A DNA stretch of 64,000 nt from Bugula neritina (taxonomy: Eukaryota > Animalia > Bryozoa). The DNA lies in NCBI GenBank assembly GCA_964035545.1, contig CAXIUT010000230.1:682001-746000 (forward strand), given 5' to 3'. Shown here piece by piece: positions 63,131-64,000 of this stretch. The position numbers were made by a program, and so were the translations under genes. Each line of letters starts with the position of its first letter. Position 1 is the first letter of the stretch. The notes under the pieces are model-generated. The model saw only the letters and a program-made list of their open reading frames with translations, made no database searches and was not told the DNA's origin.

Positions 63131-64000
63131 CATGCTGAAATACACCACACATACTGCAACATACTGAAATACACAGGAACATATTGAAATACACTGCGAC
63201 ACATTGAAATATACTGCAACACACTGAAATATACTGGAAGATACTGCAACATACTGAAATACACTATAACACACTGAAATACACTGCAACATACTGAAGT
63301 ACACTGAAATCCACTGTAACATATTGAAATACATTGCAAAACATCGAAATAGACTGCAACATACTGAAATATGCTGTAGCATACTGAAAGACACTAAAAC
63401 TCACTGAAGTATAGTGTGATAAACGGAAATGTACTGCAACATGCCGAAATATACTGCAACATACTGAAATACACCGGAAGACTTTGATATGCACTGCAAC
63501 ACATTGAAATATACTGCAACATACTAAAATATACTGCAACATACTGCAACATCCTAAAATACACTGTAACATATTGAACTACACTGCAACATACTGAAAC
63601 ATACTGCAATATACTGAAATATACTGCAACTTACTGAAATACACTATAACGTATTGAAATATACTGCAATATACTTAATTACACTCTAAGATACTAAAAT
63701 ATGCTATAGCATGCTGAAATACACTGCAACACACTGAAGTATACTTTAGTACACTGAAATCTAATGCAACAAACTGATTTATACTGCAACATACTGCAAC
63801 ATACTGAAATACACATGAACATATTGAAATACACTGCATAATACTGCAAGAAACTGCAACATACTGAAATACACTGTAACATATTGAAATACACTGCATA
63901 ATACTGCAACATACTGAAATACACTGGAACATATTGATATACACTGTAACACATTGAAATATGCTGCAACAAACTGAAACATACGGCAAAATACCGAAAT

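Larger units (their letters stand above)
1..64000. repeat. 10-bp tandem satellite array (YACTG-AAATA / YACTG-CAACA / YACTG-TAACA; 20-bp dimer), interrupted only at 31809-32564 and 62148-63130
   Basis: Decamers such as TACTGAAATA, TACTGCAACA, CACTGCAACA and CACTGTAACA run head-to-tail across the whole window in one orientation and extend to both window edges. The consensus dimer is about 45% A, 25% C, 20% T and 10% G on the + strand. Confidence 0.99.
25741..64000. repeat. Distal diverged satellite domain
   Basis: Diagnostic variants absent proximally: GCAAGTGGTGCAAC (phase-shifting), GAATGGTAAACTAGTGAAA, TACCGGAACA, GCGACGCATT, GAAACCTATGCAAC and GAAATCTAATGCAAC. Frequent 1-bp phase shifts. 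The left boundary is approximate, and proximal-type sequence recurs at ~27410-28420. Confidence 0.85.
59520..64000. repeat. 2147-bp-offset duplication whose second copy carries the LINE
   Basis: The offset is 2147 before the LINE (59991/62138) and 3130 (2147+983) after it (60001/63131). Rare variant TACACCACACATAC occurs at 60011 and 63141. Confidence 0.88.

Noticed and set aside
216-63989. Hundreds of Cys/Tyr/Val/Phe-rich minus-strand ORFs as genes
   Set aside because: They overlap in all three frames with the same repeat peptide, begin and end at sporadic satellite variants, and follow directly from the repeat consensus.
1-64000. CRISPR array or repeat-spacer system
   Set aside because: There is no constant repeat with unique spacers and no cas genes. 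The variant blocks are mutated monomers that recur in HORs, and the boxes in the transposon occur only twice each.
1-64000. Telomeric repeat tract
   Set aside because: There is no G-run telomere motif, and extensive variant monomers with kb-scale HORs indicate recombination-driven satellite. A subtelomeric location cannot be excluded.
1-64000. Identification of host species or named satellite family
   Set aside because: I do not recognise it with confidence. The TE types suggest an animal genome, but a database search is required.

Overview
The window is almost entirely one eukaryotic-type tandem satellite in a single orientation. The monomer is 10 bp, YACTG+(AAATA/CAACA/TAACA), usually arranged as the 20-bp dimer TACTGAAATA-YACTGCAACA. 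It has nested higher-order repeats (HORs) and two sequence domains: a homogeneous, phase-locked proximal domain (~1-25.7 kb) and a more diverged, CpG-richer, indel-containing distal domain (~25.7-64 kb). Only two non-satellite segments exist. (1) A 756-bp non-autonomous DNA transposon at 31809-32564, with perfect 19-bp TIRs (CACAGGATAGTTAAGGGCA) and a 2-bp AA target-site duplication, resembling the CMC/EnSpm group. (2) A 983-bp 5'-truncated non-LTR retrotransposon at 62148-63130, with the RT YADD motif, an uninterrupted ORF to the stop, AATAAA and a (CAAA)5 tail. Each insertion has an empty paralogous site in the window, so both boundaries can be read directly. The many Cys/Tyr/Val-rich minus-strand ORFs are an arithmetic by-product of the repeat. 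I see no host gene, RNA gene or CRISPR array, and no evidence of a novel multi-gene system. The notable points are the transposon/satellite relationships and the array architecture.
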